A stretch of 61,796 nucleotides of DNA, taken from positions 1 to 61,796 of IMG/VR virus record IMGVR_UViG_3300046171_000163; one strand, given 5' to 3'. Below the pieces are notes generated by a model. The model was not told the DNA's origin and did no database searches. It saw only the letters and a program-made list of their open reading frames with translations. Each line of letters opens with the position of its first letter. Positions within the stretch are counted from its first letter, which is position 1. Shown piece after piece: positions 30,155 through 39,876 of the stretch. The DNA comes from a virus (Duplodnaviria; Caudoviricetes). The translations under genes were made by a program, and so were the position numbers.

Positions 30155-31673
30155 GGATATATTTGAAGGCAATAATAGTGCTTATGGACAATTAATATTA
30201 TCAGGCGAAACTACAGACAAAGGTAAAGCCGTTGGTAAAGCATTTATTAAAAGAGAATCAATTCCTGATCAGTTATGGAAAGAACACATTGAAGGTAAAG
30301 AGCCTGCACTAGGGGTAATACCTATTAATGAAGACAACATGTGTAGATGGGGATGTATTGATGTTGATGAATATAATTTAAGTCATCAAAAAATAATTGA
30401 CGATGTAAAGAAAGCAAAGTTTCCATTAGTAACATTTAGATCAAAGTCTGGCGGCGCACATTTATTTTTATTTGCGAAAGAGTTTATTCCAGCATCACTG
30501 ATGCAATCAAAATTAAAAATGATGTCAGAGGCGCTAGGCTTTGGCGGTAGTGAGATATTTCCTAAACAGACAGAGATACTCGTGGAGCGTGGAGATACAG
30601 GAAACTTTTTAAACTTACCATATCATGGAGACACATTAGGTTTTAGGTATACGTTTTTAGAAAATGGAGAAGAAGCTAGTCTAGAAGAGTTTTATAAAAT
30701 ATATGACAACTCAGTACAGACTAAAGCTCAAATAGAATCTATTGTAGTAAAAGGCAAGGTTGTAAAAGAAGAAGCATTTAAAGATGGGCCACCATGTTTA
30801 AATAAATTAGCAGACGAAGGTTTTGGTGAAGGCTCACGTAATAATGCATTATTTAATGTAGCTGTATATCATAAACAGGCTAACCCGGATAATTGGGAAG
30901 ATAAAGTTATGGAGGATAATACTAAGTGGATGAATCCACCATTAAACTATAAGGAAGTACAGGCACTATTAGCATCAGTAAACAAAAGAGGTTATGATAA
31001 ATATAGGTGTAAAGATCAACCTATTTGTGGAGTATGTAATGCTGCTAAATGTAGAACTAAAAGATTTGGTGTTGGATTTGAGGAAGAGCAGATGCCGGAG
31101 ATGGATACATTAAGTAAGATAGCATCTAACCCACCGCAATGGTTTTTAAATGTTGGTGGTAAAAGAATAGAACTAAACTCGATGCAGCTACACAATGCTA
31201 ATTTATTTGCGTTGGCTGTATTAGATCAAGCTAACATTATATCTCCTATACCAAAAGCAAAAGACTGGAGAGAGATTTATCTAAAACAACTTATGTTAAA
31301 TCTAGAAGAGATAGAGCCTTTAGAATCATTAAACAGCAACGAACAGTTAGAAAATTTATTGTATGACTTTACAGTGCATAGAGCACAAGCAAGAACTAAG
31401 GAAGACATATTGAATAAAGCAGCGTGGACCGATGATGATAAGAAGATAACATTATTTAAGATGGATGATTTCTTTGCATTTGCGAAACGTAATAACTGGG
31501 AGATGGATAAAACTAAAACAGGTAATTTATTAAAACAATTAAAAGATATATTTGTAGAAGAGGTCAGATTAAAGATTAAAAACCAAACTCCTCGTCTTGT
31601 AAAAATAAAAGCTATGAAGAGATATGAACCGGATGTTTCTCAAAAGCCATACGAAGAAGAGGTACCTTTCTAA
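30141..31673 (+). CDS. AEP-superfamily primase with PriCT-like domain
   Basis: LW..H..G...LGV.PI...C.WGCIDVD, SKSGGAH, GNFLNLPY, GPPCL, EG.RNN.LF; ATG 30141 preferred to the GTG start. Confidence 0.75.
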   Translation: MQKFKDIFEGNNSAYGQLILSGETTDKGKAVGKAFIKRESIPDQLWKEHIEGKEPALGVIPINEDNMCRWGCIDVDEYNLSHQKIIDDVKKAKFPLVTFRSKSGGAHLFLFAKEFIPASLMQSKLKMMSEALGFGGSEIFPKQTEILVERGDTGNFLNLPYHGDTLGFRYTFLENGEEASLEEFYKIYDNSVQTKAQIESIVVKGKVVKEEAFKDGPPCLNKLADEGFGEGSRNNALFNVAVYHKQANPDNWEDKVMEDNTKWMNPPLNYKEVQALLASVNKRGYDKYRCKDQPICGVCNAAKCRTKRFGVGFEEEQMPEMDTLSKIASNPPQWFLNVGGKRIELNSMQLHNANLFALAVLDQANIISPIPKAKDWREIYLKQLMLNLEEIEPLESLNSNEQLENLLYDFTVHRAQARTKEDILNKAAWTDDDKKITLFKMDDFFAFAKRNNWEMDKTKTGNLLKQLKDIFVEEVRLKIKNQTPRLVKIKAMKRYEPDVSQKPYEEEVPF

Positions 31674-33220
31674 TGAAAGAATTAATACTAGGTCCTCCAG
31701 GTACAGGTAAAACAACTGAGCTTTTAAACATAGTTAAAAAACATTTAGATGAGGCTGTTGATCCTAAGGAAATAGGTTATTTTTCTTTTACAAAAAAGGC
31801 GGCTATTGAAGCTAAAAGCAGAGCTATTGAAAAATTTCCAATGTATGTTGAAGAAGATTTTCCTTATTTTAGGACTTTACATTCACTAGCATTTAATCAG
31901 CTACGATTAAAGAAAACACAAGTAATGCAAAAAGCTAATTATAAAGAGTTTGGAAAAGATTGCGGCATACCTTTAGACATAAAAATTGCTTACAATAGCG
32001 AAGAAGATGGAACATTTACTACCGACAATGAATACTTAAGATTGATAGATAAAGCGAGAGCCATGGACATACCTTTGCTAGATCTATACGACAGAAATAC
32101 ACATTATATAGACATAGAAAGGGATAAGCTTTATCTTATAGATAGAGAACTAAAAAGATATAAGCAAGAAACAGGGCTATTAGATTATGGAGATATGTTA
32201 CAGAGGTTTGTTGAGTCGGATATGGCTCCAAGATTTACTGTCTTGTTCATCGATGAGGCCCAAGATTTATCTCCTCTCCAATGGAAGTTGGTGCGAAACC
32301 TCTGGGGAAGATCTACTAATACTCACATCGCAGGCGATGATGATCAGGCTATATTCAGATGGGCAGGAGCCGATGTGGATCATTTCCTCAGGCTGGACAG
32401 AGAAGTCGACAATATCCGTATTCTAAAAAAGTCTTATAGAGTACCTCCTGTAATTCATGAGGTTGCGCTAAGCGTTATAGGTAGAGTAGAAAACAGGTAC
32501 GAAAAAGAATATCAACCTTGTTCTGAAAGAGAATATAAAAAAGGTGTAATGACTAAGATAACCGGAAGCAGTGAACGTTATTCTAGTATTGAACAAATAG
32601 ATATGTCAAAAGGGAACTGGTTAGTGTTGGCTAGTACTAATTATCTTTTAGAAGATGCGGAAGAGCTTTGTAAAGAAAGGGGTTGGTACTATTCTAAAAA
32701 AGGCAATAACTCTTTACCTTTAAAACTATTGAAAGCAATTCAAGACTGGGAAAAGTTTAGACTAGGTGGAACTACTTTAAACTCTAAGGATATAAAAGAT
32801 ATCTATAGCTACCTAGGAGAGAATGTCGCTAGGGGGTATAAGACTGGAACAACTTTGAAAGAAGATTCATACTATAATCATGAAACGTGCACCGCGGATC
32901 ACGGATTGTTGACGGATAAAGTTTGGTATGATGCTTTTAAAAAATTAGATCCGTTCACAGAAATTTATATAAGAAACATGTTAGCAAACAATGAAAAGAT
33001 TACCAAGGCGCCACGAATAAGTATGTCAACCATACATGGTGCAAAGGGAGGTGAGTGTGATAATGTTTTATTGTTTACAGACATATCAAAAGTAGCAAAA
33101 GAACAACACGACACAAACCCCGACGAACTACATAGACTTTTTTATAATGGCATTACTAGAACAAGAGAAAATCTACATATTTTAGAACCAAAAAATTATG
33201 AAAGAGGATATGAAATATGA
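31673..33220 (+). CDS. UvrD/Rep (SF1) helicase
   Basis: GPPGTGKTT, TLHS, IDEAQD, GDDDQAIF.W.GA, STIHGAKGGE. Confidence 0.9.
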   Translation: MKELILGPPGTGKTTELLNIVKKHLDEAVDPKEIGYFSFTKKAAIEAKSRAIEKFPMYVEEDFPYFRTLHSLAFNQLRLKKTQVMQKANYKEFGKDCGIPLDIKIAYNSEEDGTFTTDNEYLRLIDKARAMDIPLLDLYDRNTHYIDIERDKLYLIDRELKRYKQETGLLDYGDMLQRFVESDMAPRFTVLFIDEAQDLSPLQWKLVRNLWGRSTNTHIAGDDDQAIFRWAGADVDHFLRLDREVDNIRILKKSYRVPPVIHEVALSVIGRVENRYEKEYQPCSEREYKKGVMTKITGSSERYSSIEQIDMSKGNWLVLASTNYLLEDAEELCKERGWYYSKKGNNSLPLKLLKAIQDWEKFRLGGTTLNSKDIKDIYSYLGENVARGYKTGTTLKEDSYYNHETCTADHGLLTDKVWYDAFKKLDPFTEIYIRNMLANNEKITKAPRISMSTIHGAKGGECDNVLLFTDISKVAKEQHDTNPDELHRLFYNGITRTRENLHILEPKNYERGYEI

Positions 33221-33498
33221 GATTTCATGAACATGTAAAAGGCGATAAAGCAGAATACATAGCTGCAATGTGGTTGTGGGATCAAGGATATTTGGTGTGT
33301 AGAAACATGTCTCAACAAGGAGCTGTTGATTTAGTTGCAATAAAAGAATATGAGGTTATACTCATCGACGTGAAATCAGAATGTAGAAGGAAGCGCGACG
33401 GCTATAAAATAAATAGATCATTAACACCAATACAAAAAAATCTTGGTGTAAATATTTTAAATGTAAATGTAGACACAGGAGAATGTACGTATGTCTAA
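33217..33498 (+). CDS. PD-(D/E)xK endonuclease, Hjc-like
   Basis: KG..AE..A..WL..QGY.V...G.VDLVA...IDVKS. Confidence 0.65.
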   Translation: MRFHEHVKGDKAEYIAAMWLWDQGYLVCRNMSQQGAVDLVAIKEYEVILIDVKSECRRKRDGYKINRSLTPIQKNLGVNILNVNVDTGECTYV

Positions 33499-33715
33499 GA
33501 AGTATGATCCGGTAAACTATCCAGAACACTATAATAAAGGTGGAGTACAATGTATTGATGCAATTAAATCAATGCAAGGAGACGGTTTTAAATATTATCT
33601 ACAAGGCAGTGCGGTCAAATATATATGGCGACACGAACACAAAGGCAAACCTATAGAGGACTTAGACAAAGCAATATGGTTCTTAAACAAACTTAAGGAA
33701 CAATATAATGGCTAA
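33491..33715 (+). CDS. DUF3310 protein (T7 gp1.7 nucleotide kinase-like)
   Basis: DPVN.P.HY..G...CID.I...G.A.KY.WR...K....EDL.KA.W.L. Confidence 0.8.
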   Translation: MSKKYDPVNYPEHYNKGGVQCIDAIKSMQGDGFKYYLQGSAVKYIWRHEHKGKPIEDLDKAIWFLNKLKEQYNG

Positions 33716-35621
33716 AAGACCTTATGTACCTTTAAAACCTTTACAAACACCAATGAACTTTAGTCCAGAAACTGATTGGGTTGTACCTAATCTATTGGGT
33801 TTAGATTTATCATCTGCTAAAGAAATAGCTATCGACTTGGAGACACGTGATCCTAATTTAATAAAATTGGGTTCGGGTGCTATTTTTGGGGACGGAGAAG
33901 TTGTTGGTATTGCGGTTGCAGTAGATGGCTGGAAAGCTTATTTACCTTTTGCGCATGAAGGCGGCAAAGGCTGTTTAGGAAAAAAGACTGTGTTAAAATG
34001 GTTTCAAACAGTTTTAGATTTACCTGCAGATAAAATATTTCATAATGCAATGTATGATGTGTCTTGGATACGTGCGATGGGTTTAAAAATTAATGGTCGT
34101 ATTATAGATACTATGATTGCAGCGTCTTTAGTGGATGAGAATAGATTTCGTTATTCACTTGATGCAGTTGCAAAAGATTACGCAGGCATAAGAAAGAATG
34201 AAGCTGTATTAAGAGAAGCAGCTAAAGAGTGGGGTGTTGATCCTAAGGCAGAAATGTGGCGACTACCTGCTCCATTTGTTGGAGAGTATGCAGAAAGAGA
34301 TGCGGAGGCAACTTTAAAACTATGGCATGTGCTAAAAGTAAAACTGGATGAAGAACAATTATGGAATGTTTTTAATTTAGAAACAGATTTATTTCCATGT
34401 TTGGTTGACATGAAATTTAAAGGGGTAAGGGTAGACTTAGAAAAAACAGAAGAGGTTAAAAAATTCTTATTGAAAGAAGAAAAAGAAACTAGGGCGAAGA
34501 TGAAAAAACTGGCAGAGGTAGAAGTAGAAATATGGTCAGCTGCATCTATTGCAAAAGCTTTTGAAAAATTAGATATACCTTTTGATAGAACAGAAAAAGG
34601 AGCACCAAGTTTTACAAAAAACTTTTTAGCAACACACCCACACGATTTTCCTAAACTAGTGGTTACATGTAGGGAACTAGATAAAATGAACTCTACATTT
34701 ATTGAAACAATTTTAAAACGTGAACACAACGGTAGAATTCATGCAGATATAAATCAAATACGATCAGATCAAGGTGGTACAGTTACAGGTAGGTTTAGTT
34801 ATTCTAATCCTAACTTACAACAGATACCCGCACGACATAAAATATTAGGACCAATGCTACGTAGTTTATTTATACCTGAAGAAAAACATACCTGGGGTTG
34901 TTTTGATTATTCACAACAAGAACCTAGGATATTAGTACACTATGCACATAAGATGAATATGGAAGGCGCTAGTACAATTGTTGAAGCATACAACAAAGGT
35001 GAGGCTGATTTCCATCAGATGATTGCGGACATGGCCGGCATTGATCGTAAGCAAGCAAAAACAATTAACCTTGGTATCATGTATGGTATGGGTAAAAACA
35101 AATTAATGTCAGAATTAGGATTAATGAAAGAAGACGCAGAGAGCTTATTAAAAGAATATCATAGAAATGCACCATTTGTTAAAATGATATCTGAACGAGT
35201 GATGCGACAAGCAGAAGAAGTAGGAAAGATACGTACTCTAGAGGGAAGATCTTGTCATTTTAATTTATGGCAACCCGATGAATTTGGGGTATCCACACCA
35301 CTACCTCTGGAAGATGCAAAAAAAGAATATGGTCAGTTTCTAAAAAGAGCTTTTACTTATAAGGCTTTAAATAAATTGATACAAGGATCAGCAGCTGACA
35401 TGACTAAAAGAGCAATGTTAAATTTGTATAAAGAAGGAGTTGTGCCTCACATACAGGTGCATGATGAACTAGATATATCCGTTGAATCACCTGAACATGC
35501 TAAAAAAATAATAGAGGTTATGGAAGCTTCCGCAGACTTATGTGTACCAAATAAAGTAGACTATGAAAAAGGACCAAACTGGGGAGAGATAGTGTCGGAT
35601 GCTAAAAAGGAAAAGAAATAA
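33708..35621 (+). CDS. polA: Family A DNA polymerase with 3'-5' exonuclease
   Basis: DLET, HNA.YD, YAE.DA, TGRFS...PNLQQIP, DYSQQE.R, K.INLG..YG, IQGSAAD, VHDEL. Confidence 0.95.
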   Translation: MAKRPYVPLKPLQTPMNFSPETDWVVPNLLGLDLSSAKEIAIDLETRDPNLIKLGSGAIFGDGEVVGIAVAVDGWKAYLPFAHEGGKGCLGKKTVLKWFQTVLDLPADKIFHNAMYDVSWIRAMGLKINGRIIDTMIAASLVDENRFRYSLDAVAKDYAGIRKNEAVLREAAKEWGVDPKAEMWRLPAPFVGEYAERDAEATLKLWHVLKVKLDEEQLWNVFNLETDLFPCLVDMKFKGVRVDLEKTEEVKKFLLKEEKETRAKMKKLAEVEVEIWSAASIAKAFEKLDIPFDRTEKGAPSFTKNFLATHPHDFPKLVVTCRELDKMNSTFIETILKREHNGRIHADINQIRSDQGGTVTGRFSYSNPNLQQIPARHKILGPMLRSLFIPEEKHTWGCFDYSQQEPRILVHYAHKMNMEGASTIVEAYNKGEADFHQMIADMAGIDRKQAKTINLGIMYGMGKNKLMSELGLMKEDAESLLKEYHRNAPFVKMISERVMRQAEEVGKIRTLEGRSCHFNLWQPDEFGVSTPLPLEDAKKEYGQFLKRAFTYKALNKLIQGSAADMTKRAMLNLYKEGVVPHIQVHDELDISVESPEHAKKIIEVMEASADLCVPNKVDYEKGPNWGEIVSDAKKEKK

Positions 35622-35737
35622 CACCCGACACATGAAGGTGATGAAGATATCTATAAAATAAATTAAAATAAAATATTGTCAAATCTTATATTTGATATAT
35701 ATTGTCCCATACAATAACAGAACAAGGAGAAAGAAGC

Positions 35738-35902
35738 ATGCCAGCAAACCCTAATTTTAAATCGGTTTCGGTATCTGTGGATACACATAAACGTTTGGAA
35801 TCATTAGCAAAATCTCATTTTGAGGTTCCTGTTAGTATTCAAACATTAATTGATTTTTTACTTAAACAAAAAATAAAAAAGAAAAATGGTAGATCTCGTT
35901 AA
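35738..35902 (+). CDS. Ribbon-helix-helix-like regulator
   Basis: FKSVSVS strand then two helices; AAGGAG RBS before ATG 35738. Confidence 0.55.
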   Translation: MPANPNFKSVSVSVDTHKRLESLAKSHFEVPVSIQTLIDFLLKQKIKKKNGRSR

Positions 35903-36125
35903 AGCTATTTGTCCCCGCTGTGACGGAAACAGTTTTATTAGAGTACAAGACAAAGAAGTTGATTGTACTATGTGTGAAGAAGAATTTATGCATATGGGGA
36001 TGAAAATAACAACCCACAACGGATATGTAATGCTACCAGTAAATCAAACAAGAACTAATGTTGAAGGCGGTATTGAATCTAAAACAAAATGGTCAGGAGA
36101 AACTTTACCAGAGGTAGGTAAATAA
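35886..36125 (+). CDS. Small Zn-finger protein (DnaJ-like Cys pattern)
   Basis: ICPRCDGN...DCTMC. Confidence 0.5.
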   Translation: MVDLVKAICPRCDGNSFIRVQDKEVDCTMCEEEFMHMGMKITTHNGYVMLPVNQTRTNVEGGIESKTKWSGETLPEVGK

Positions 36126-36156
36126 TGGGACCACTAGACCCGGAGGATGAATACGG

Positions 36157-36324
36157 ATGGATAACGATGATGAGTTTATAATATTTTTAGTTAGGGTATC
36201 TTCCCTACGAAAAGCTGCTGAAAGAGCAAAAGATCCCGAATGGAAAAGAATGTGGGAGCAAAAATTGGAGGAGTTAATAAATAATGAAGAAGAAACTACT
36301 TACGGAACTAAAAGCGTACACTAA
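36157..36324 (+). CDS. Small hypothetical protein (55 aa)
   Basis: MDNDDEF...AKDPEWKRMWEQKLEEL, read manually. Confidence 0.4.
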   Translation: MDNDDEFIIFLVRVSSLRKAAERAKDPEWKRMWEQKLEELINNEEETTYGTKSVH

Positions 36325-36502
36325 TTTTTTGTTGGCAGGCCTAACAATTTTTGTTTGTCTAATAGTTATTATTGTAAATTCTAGATATATTGTTAAATTA
36401 GAAAGTACTATAGACACAATGTGGCACGAGATAAAGCAGGTGAAGGAGACTAATATAGGTTTATACCAATTTATCGAGGAACACGGAGATGACATTAATT
36501 AA
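36284..36502 (+). CDS. Small membrane protein
   Basis: One TM segment then short coiled coil; GGAGG upstream. Confidence 0.5.
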   Translation: MKKKLLTELKAYTNFLLAGLTIFVCLIVIIVNSRYIVKLESTIDTMWHEIKQVKETNIGLYQFIEEHGDDIN

Positions 36503-36884
36503 TAAGGATAACAAGGTGAGAAGACAAATTCCTAATAGGATGCCTAGTGCAACTTTCACTCTACCAATTGATGGTAGACGAGTTGTTGGTATTGTAAACT
36601 ATGATGTCACTGACACAGGTATTATTCCAATGGCATTTTGGGTAAAACTAAAGCCAACAGATTCTTATCTAGACAGAGAGCTACGCGCAAGTGGTAAACT
36701 AATATCTAGATGTCTACAAAATAACGAGTCACTAAAAGATTTGGTTGATACATTGTCACAAGATAATGTCATTGGTCAAATGGCTAATTATTTATATAAA
36801 AATATGGAAGATATTATTATGGGCAAGCAACCGGAGAAGAAACAACGAGAGCTATCGACTGATCCGTATGCTATGAAAGAATGA
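36489..36884 (+). CDS. Stand-alone TSCPD-like domain (as at the C-terminus of class II RNR NrdJ)
   Basis: R..IPNR....TF.........V......P...W.......LD.......LIS..LQ....L..L...L pattern. Confidence 0.5.
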   Translation: MTLINKDNKVRRQIPNRMPSATFTLPIDGRRVVGIVNYDVTDTGIIPMAFWVKLKPTDSYLDRELRASGKLISRCLQNNESLKDLVDTLSQDNVIGQMANYLYKNMEDIIMGKQPEKKQRELSTDPYAMKE

Positions 36885-37024
36885 ACAAATTTTTTACAGA
36901 CGCTGATGTTGAATATATTAAAGAACACACTGAACGAGTGTTCAATCTTAAACAACAACGTGACGATAAAATAAAACAAATGGAAAGAGAAAACGAAAAG
37001 TGCTTACAGAAGAATTTGAAATAG
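36881..37024 (+). CDS. Small hypothetical protein (47 aa)
   Basis: ATGA-coupled ORF MNKFFTDADVEYIKEH... Confidence 0.35.
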   Translation: MNKFFTDADVEYIKEHTERVFNLKQQRDDKIKQMERENEKCLQKNLK

Positions 37025-37227
37025 AGTGGGTACCAGAAACACCTGAAGAGGCAATGTCTTCAGTTGATCTACCAACGTGCACCGTGGATCGCCTTTGTAA
37101 AAAACTGTATGGCCATACTAACTGGGCAAGAATGGGTGCGGTTACTCCGGACGAACTTCTAAGAAACCCACACAGCTTTGATTTTGATGAAGGGATAGTT
37201 TATTTCAAGCAAGCAAGATTGGTATGA
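37000..37227 (+). CDS. Hypothetical protein
   Basis: 75-aa ORF coupled to the next gene. Confidence 0.4.
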   Translation: MLTEEFEIEWVPETPEEAMSSVDLPTCTVDRLCKKLYGHTNWARMGAVTPDELLRNPHSFDFDEGIVYFKQARLV

Positions 37228-37904
37228 TAAAGGAAAATATATATTATTCTAAAAATGTTTTAGATGCTGCTCGTTTTAGAGATTTAAAAGATTTTTGTAC
37301 AAACCATTGTGAAGAAATACCAACATACAATTTTTGCAGAAGACAACAAGAGTCTTCTAATTTTATAGAAGAAATAATTAGACATTTAATAGGAAGAGAT
37401 CACCACGTAGAGTATTGGGTAAGGGACCAAATTGACTCAACCTTATTTCACGTAGATGCTAACGAGTTGCAGGCTAAAATAGACACAGCAAAATATGGTA
37501 AAGAAGACCCTGAAATGGTCGTTCAGTTTCCTTTAAATACTCACATACTATACGTAAACATAGATGAAAAAATGGAAGGCGGAGAGCTACTATTACTGCC
37601 GACCGAAGAATATATTATAGGTAGGCCTATACTAGATGAAAGATATAGAGTTAGAGAGGGGTCACAAATGTTGGTTGTTGAGCCTAGAGAGAACCATATG
37701 GTACTTTTTGACAAACCTATATATCATGCTATAACTAAAGTAAGGAATAAAAGCGCTAAACGTCGTATTTCTCTTATGTTTTCGTCGTGGGGATATGTGC
37801 CTGATATATACAAAGACCATGAACATTGGGGTAATTACAGCATTGGTGACATAAATCCTACAAAATGGAAAATTCCACAAGCTGAGGAGCTAGAATTAAA
37901 ATGA
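37224..37904 (+). CDS. 2OG-Fe(II) oxygenase
   Basis: FHVD, ILY, EGGEL, N..VLFD...YH.I..V, R.S. Confidence 0.75.
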   Translation: MIKENIYYSKNVLDAARFRDLKDFCTNHCEEIPTYNFCRRQQESSNFIEEIIRHLIGRDHHVEYWVRDQIDSTLFHVDANELQAKIDTAKYGKEDPEMVVQFPLNTHILYVNIDEKMEGGELLLLPTEEYIIGRPILDERYRVREGSQMLVVEPRENHMVLFDKPIYHAITKVRNKSAKRRISLMFSSWGYVPDIYKDHEHWGNYSIGDINPTKWKIPQAEELELK

Positions 37905-38575
37905 CATTACCATCAAGTGGACAATTAGATTTTAATAGTATTAGGGCAGAATTTTCTGGTCCTTCTTCTAATGTAACGATGAGTACATATAACAGAGGAG
38001 GAACTTATGTTTTTGCTGTTCCAGCAAATGCAAACATACCCACTAGTACTACAGCGCAAATTGAAGTTCCTGATTTTTATGGGGCTAAAAATAAAAGTGA
38101 TTATGCTTCTTTTACAGGAGGCAGCCACGCTTATGGTGGCAAAGCAGCCTACACTAGTTATGGAGTAGGAGGCCCTAATCTACCTGCAGCTATAAGTGAC
38201 TCTTACAAAGTTGGTAGTAGTACCTATACTCTGACAGCTTGTTATAACGATGGTGCCAGTCGTAATAATTTTCACCTTAAACACTCCTCTGGCCCAGCAT
38301 CAGGTTATGCTGGAGACAGTAATTGGACATCTCGTAATTTTTATTTTTATGACACAAGTGGTAATGTAGATTTTCAATTCCGAACAGGAAGCAGTAATGG
38401 GATATGTACGCCTCCACCAGATTTATGTTTCTGTGGACAATACGGAAACTTGAACTATTATTCAAATACTGATAATGGGTTTCTGTGTTCTACTGCACAA
38501 GGTGCGACACCAGCAGATAAACAAACAGGCGACTTCGATGCTTTAAACCAAACTGTTGTTGTAAAGGCTTTTTAA
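37901..38575 (+). CDS. Fibre-tip/adhesin-like protein outside the structural module
   Basis: MTLPSSGQLDFNSIRAEF.G...YNRGG...IPTS....DFYG N-terminus, similar to 11298. Confidence 0.55.
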   Translation: MTLPSSGQLDFNSIRAEFSGPSSNVTMSTYNRGGTYVFAVPANANIPTSTTAQIEVPDFYGAKNKSDYASFTGGSHAYGGKAAYTSYGVGGPNLPAAISDSYKVGSSTYTLTACYNDGASRNNFHLKHSSGPASGYAGDSNWTSRNFYFYDTSGNVDFQFRTGSSNGICTPPPDLCFCGQYGNLNYYSNTDNGFLCSTAQGATPADKQTGDFDALNQTVVVKAF

Positions 38576-38806
38576 ATGTCTGATCTTGAAAACATATTTG
38601 AAATAACTTTTTTAAACAAAGAGTCAGAAACAACTCCTCCTGAAGAAATGACAATGCGTTACATTGCAACCAGCGCCGATGTTGCAAAAGGTTTATTTAT
38701 ACAAAACTTTCATTCACGTGATTGGGAGTTCTTGTCTGCAAAATATCTTGGACAAAAAGACAAAAGTGCAGGTGATTGGGACTGTGCTGGGTGTGGGCAA
38801 AACTAA
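38576..38806 (+). CDS. Hypothetical protein
   Basis: 76 aa, C-terminal CAGC. Confidence 0.45.
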   Translation: MSDLENIFEITFLNKESETTPPEEMTMRYIATSADVAKGLFIQNFHSRDWEFLSAKYLGQKDKSAGDWDCAGCGQN

Positions 38807-39181
38807 ATGGATTTATCAGATTTCACCAGAACATCTTCATACATGCCCGACGAAGTAGTTTATTTCGACGAAGAAACTAATGAAAATAAAACTGCTAAAG
38901 AAATAAAACTAGTTTGGACACATAATACAGAATCGAGTTTATCTGTACACGATATGTGTATTAGAGAAGGCCACGAACAGTATGACGAGTTTGTGTTAAG
39001 GGAAGAAAATAGAATAGCAAAAAAATGGATGATTGAACTTGGTTATGACCCAGATTTATATATCACAAAAGAATGGATGATTGTAGAAAAAGGTAAAATT
39101 AGTGAACCTGATGAAATAGAGGAGTGGTTAAAACCAAATCATCCGACGGCGATAAGCCCAATAACCTCGGAGGAAATATGA
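38807..39181 (+). CDS. Acidic hypothetical protein
   Basis: 124 aa, abutting both neighbours. Confidence 0.5.
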   Translation: MDLSDFTRTSSYMPDEVVYFDEETNENKTAKEIKLVWTHNTESSLSVHDMCIREGHEQYDEFVLREENRIAKKWMIELGYDPDLYITKEWMIVEKGKISEPDEIEEWLKPNHPTAISPITSEEI

Positions 39182-39876
39182 TATTTAATGTACCTTTTGA
39201 CGTTAGAAATATTGATAACCAGATTCAAATATCAATTAGTCAAAACACTAAGGCTAAACAAAGAATAAAACGTGAAGGCGTTAATGAATACACTAAGGAC
39301 TCTGAAGGTAATTTTTTACTAACACCTCACCCAGATTATAATTTTTTAATAAGATCGAACAATAATTATTTTTTATTAAATGGTAAAATTAAAGTTAGGT
39401 TTGAATGGGATGAAACATCTGTGTTTCAAGACGAACATAAACAAACTTATAGAGATCTTTTAGATAATCAATACGTAGGTTTAAAAAACCCTATAGAAGG
39501 ATCATATACCCACGGAAGTGGTTTTATGGAAAGTTCTGTAGACCATCAGTATAGATCAGACACGTGGAAATCTTCTCACCTTGCTTACGAGCCTTATTGC
39601 ACAACAGGAGAAATAACTGTTATGGAAGACAACACAACTATTCTATGCCCAATGCAGCACTATCCTGGTTGGACATTTGAACACATAGATATAATGCCAG
39701 GAGAAAGCATTGTAAGTACTAAACCAGGGGACGATACATATATTGTTTTTGGTGATACTTGTTCTATAGCAGGAACAGATATTGCTAAACATGCGGTAAA
39801 GAAACAAACAAGTTCTGAAATTACAATTAAGAATGATTCTTTAAATGTCTGTACTTTGGTTCGTATTTATAAATGA
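39178..39876 (+). CDS. Hypothetical beta-rich protein
   Basis: GGAGG RBS before ATG 39178 (MIFNVPFDV). Confidence 0.5.
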   Translation: MIFNVPFDVRNIDNQIQISISQNTKAKQRIKREGVNEYTKDSEGNFLLTPHPDYNFLIRSNNNYFLLNGKIKVRFEWDETSVFQDEHKQTYRDLLDNQYVGLKNPIEGSYTHGSGFMESSVDHQYRSDTWKSSHLAYEPYCTTGEITVMEDNTTILCPMQHYPGWTFEHIDIMPGESIVSTKPGDDTYIVFGDTCSIAGTDIAKHAVKKQTSSEITIKNDSLNVCTLVRIYK

